From a virus (Duplodnaviria > Caudoviricetes), in the IMG/VR virus record IMGVR_UViG_3300048856_000132, positions 1 to 45,482 of that record: a stretch of DNA of 45,482 nt, one strand, 5' to 3'. Position 1 is the first letter of the stretch. The number at the start of each line of letters is the position of its first letter. Shown here piece after piece: positions 44,389 through 45,482 of this stretch. The translations under genes were made by a program, and so were the position numbers. The notes below the pieces were generated by a model. The model did no database searches and was not told where the DNA came from. It saw only the letters and a list, made by a program, of their open reading frames with translations.

Positions 44389-45482
44389 TGGAGGCCATGC
44401 CTCGCCCCCGCCCACCCGGCCTCATCCACGAGAAGACCCGCCATGGGTCCTACGTCTGGTACTATCGCCCGGACAAGGGACCGCGCATCCGCATTCGCGG
44501 CGAATACGGGTCGCCCGAGTTCACCACCGCCTACAAGGCCGCGATGCTCGGCCATTCCGTCGATGGCACGAAAGTCGCCGAGGCCAAAGGCACGGTGGGA
44601 TGGCTCGTCTCGCGATACCAGCAGAGCGCCGCCTTCCTCGCCCTGGCGCCCTCGACGCAGCGCATGCGCGGCAATGTCCTGAAGGCGATCTGCAAGACAG
44701 CCGGCGGCGTCGCCCTGGCGCGCGTCGACCGGAAGATGATGGCCGAGGGCCGCGACCGCAGGGCCGCGACACCTTTCGCCGCGATCACCTTCCTGAAGAC
44801 GATGAGTCAGCTTTTCGACTGGGCAGTGGACGCGGGCCACATGCCGTCGAATCCGGCCAAGGACGTGAAGCGGCCGTCAGCGAAAACCGAAGGGTTCGCG
44901 CCCTGGACCGACGACCACATCATCGCCTATTGCGAGGCCTATCCCGTCGGCACCCGCGAGCGCTTGGCGATGGACCTGATGTTGTTCACCGGCCTCGCAC
45001 GATCCGACGCCATCATGGTCGGGCGCCAGCACGTCCGCGAGAACGTCATCGAGTATCGTCGCACGAAGACCGCGGCCCCGATCTACATCCCCATCCTGCC
45101 ACCGCTCGCGGCCTCGCTCGCCGCCACGCAGACCGGCGACCTCGCCTTCCTCGTCACCAGCCGCGGCGCCCCTTGGGGCAGCGCCGCCAGCTTCGGCAAC
45201 ACCTTCGGCGACTGGTGCGCCGACGCCGGACTCCCCGTCCGCGCCCACGGCCTGCGCAAGCGTATCGCCACGATCATGGCCGAGGGCGGTTCCACGAACA
45301 GCCAGCTGAAGGCCTATTTCGGCTGGTCGTCCGACGCGATGGCCGCCCACTACACCAAGCGCGCCGACGCCCGCGCCATGGCTCTGATGGCCTCGGAAGG
45401 GATAAACGTGAACACTCTATCCCCGCACCTTGAATTTGGTGCGGGGAAGAAGCCGAAAACCCCTGACAAATCAGTGTCTTAA
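44388..45482 (+). CDS. int: Tyrosine recombinase / phage integrase
   Basis: TGLARSD (R), KT (K), HGLRK (HxxR), FGW, HY (Y). Confidence 0.93.
   Translation: MEAMPRPRPPGLIHEKTRHGSYVWYYRPDKGPRIRIRGEYGSPEFTTAYKAAMLGHSVDGTKVAEAKGTVGWLVSRYQQSAAFLALAPSTQRMRGNVLKAICKTAGGVALARVDRKMMAEGRDRRAATPFAAITFLKTMSQLFDWAVDAGHMPSNPAKDVKRPSAKTEGFAPWTDDHIIAYCEAYPVGTRERLAMDLMLFTGLARSDAIMVGRQHVRENVIEYRRTKTAAPIYIPILPPLAASLAATQTGDLAFLVTSRGAPWGSAASFGNTFGDWCADAGLPVRAHGLRKRIATIMAEGGSTNSQLKAYFGWSSDAMAAHYTKRADARAMALMASEGINVNTLSPHLEFGAGKKPKTPDKSVS
45420..45447. repeat. Perfect 10-bp inverted repeat TCCCCGCACC-N8-GGTGCGGGGA in the int 3' end
   Basis: Read directly. Confidence 0.8.

Larger units (their letters stand above)
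1..45482. mobile_element. Temperate prophage (lambda-like head and cos packaging, Mu-like contractile tail, tyrosine integrase); exact att boundaries not visible
   Basis: Ordered modules: integrase, early genes, cI/cro, replication, terminase, portal, capsid, sheath/tube/baseplate, lysis. Confidence 0.95.

Noticed and set aside
1-45482. tRNA/rRNA genes and an attL/attR direct repeat
   Set aside because: None recognised by eye; both ends may lie outside the window; needs tRNAscan-SE and flanking sequence

Overview
The window is one apparently near-complete, GC-rich temperate prophage, most likely from an alphaproteobacterial (Rhizobiales-like) host, inferred from a GTTC-N7-GTTC LexA box, an EcfG-type promoter and the gene families present. 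From right to left it carries a tyrosine integrase and excisionase-like gene; a + strand early operon (ParB-like protein, DNA sliding clamp, TrpF-like TIM barrel, DUF4326, DUF5131); a cI/cro switch with four visible operators; a - strand replication arm (DNA methyltransferase, split P4-type primase and SF3 helicase, DnaA-C-like HTH, iteron origin); a NusG-like regulator; a lambda-type cos/terminase/portal/ClpP/capsid head module joined to a Mu-type contractile tail; a tailspike converging on an acyltransferase; a lysis cassette; and small cargo genes at the left edge. The strongest leads are a LexA-boxed Zn-ribbon gene transcribed antisense into cI, a NusG paralog next to a terminator-gated late operon, a co-acquired lower-GC tailspike plus O-acyltransferase module, and the clamp/TIM-barrel/DUF4326/DUF5131 cluster. 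Family assignments come from motif recognition by eye, with no database searches, and the att sites could not be located.
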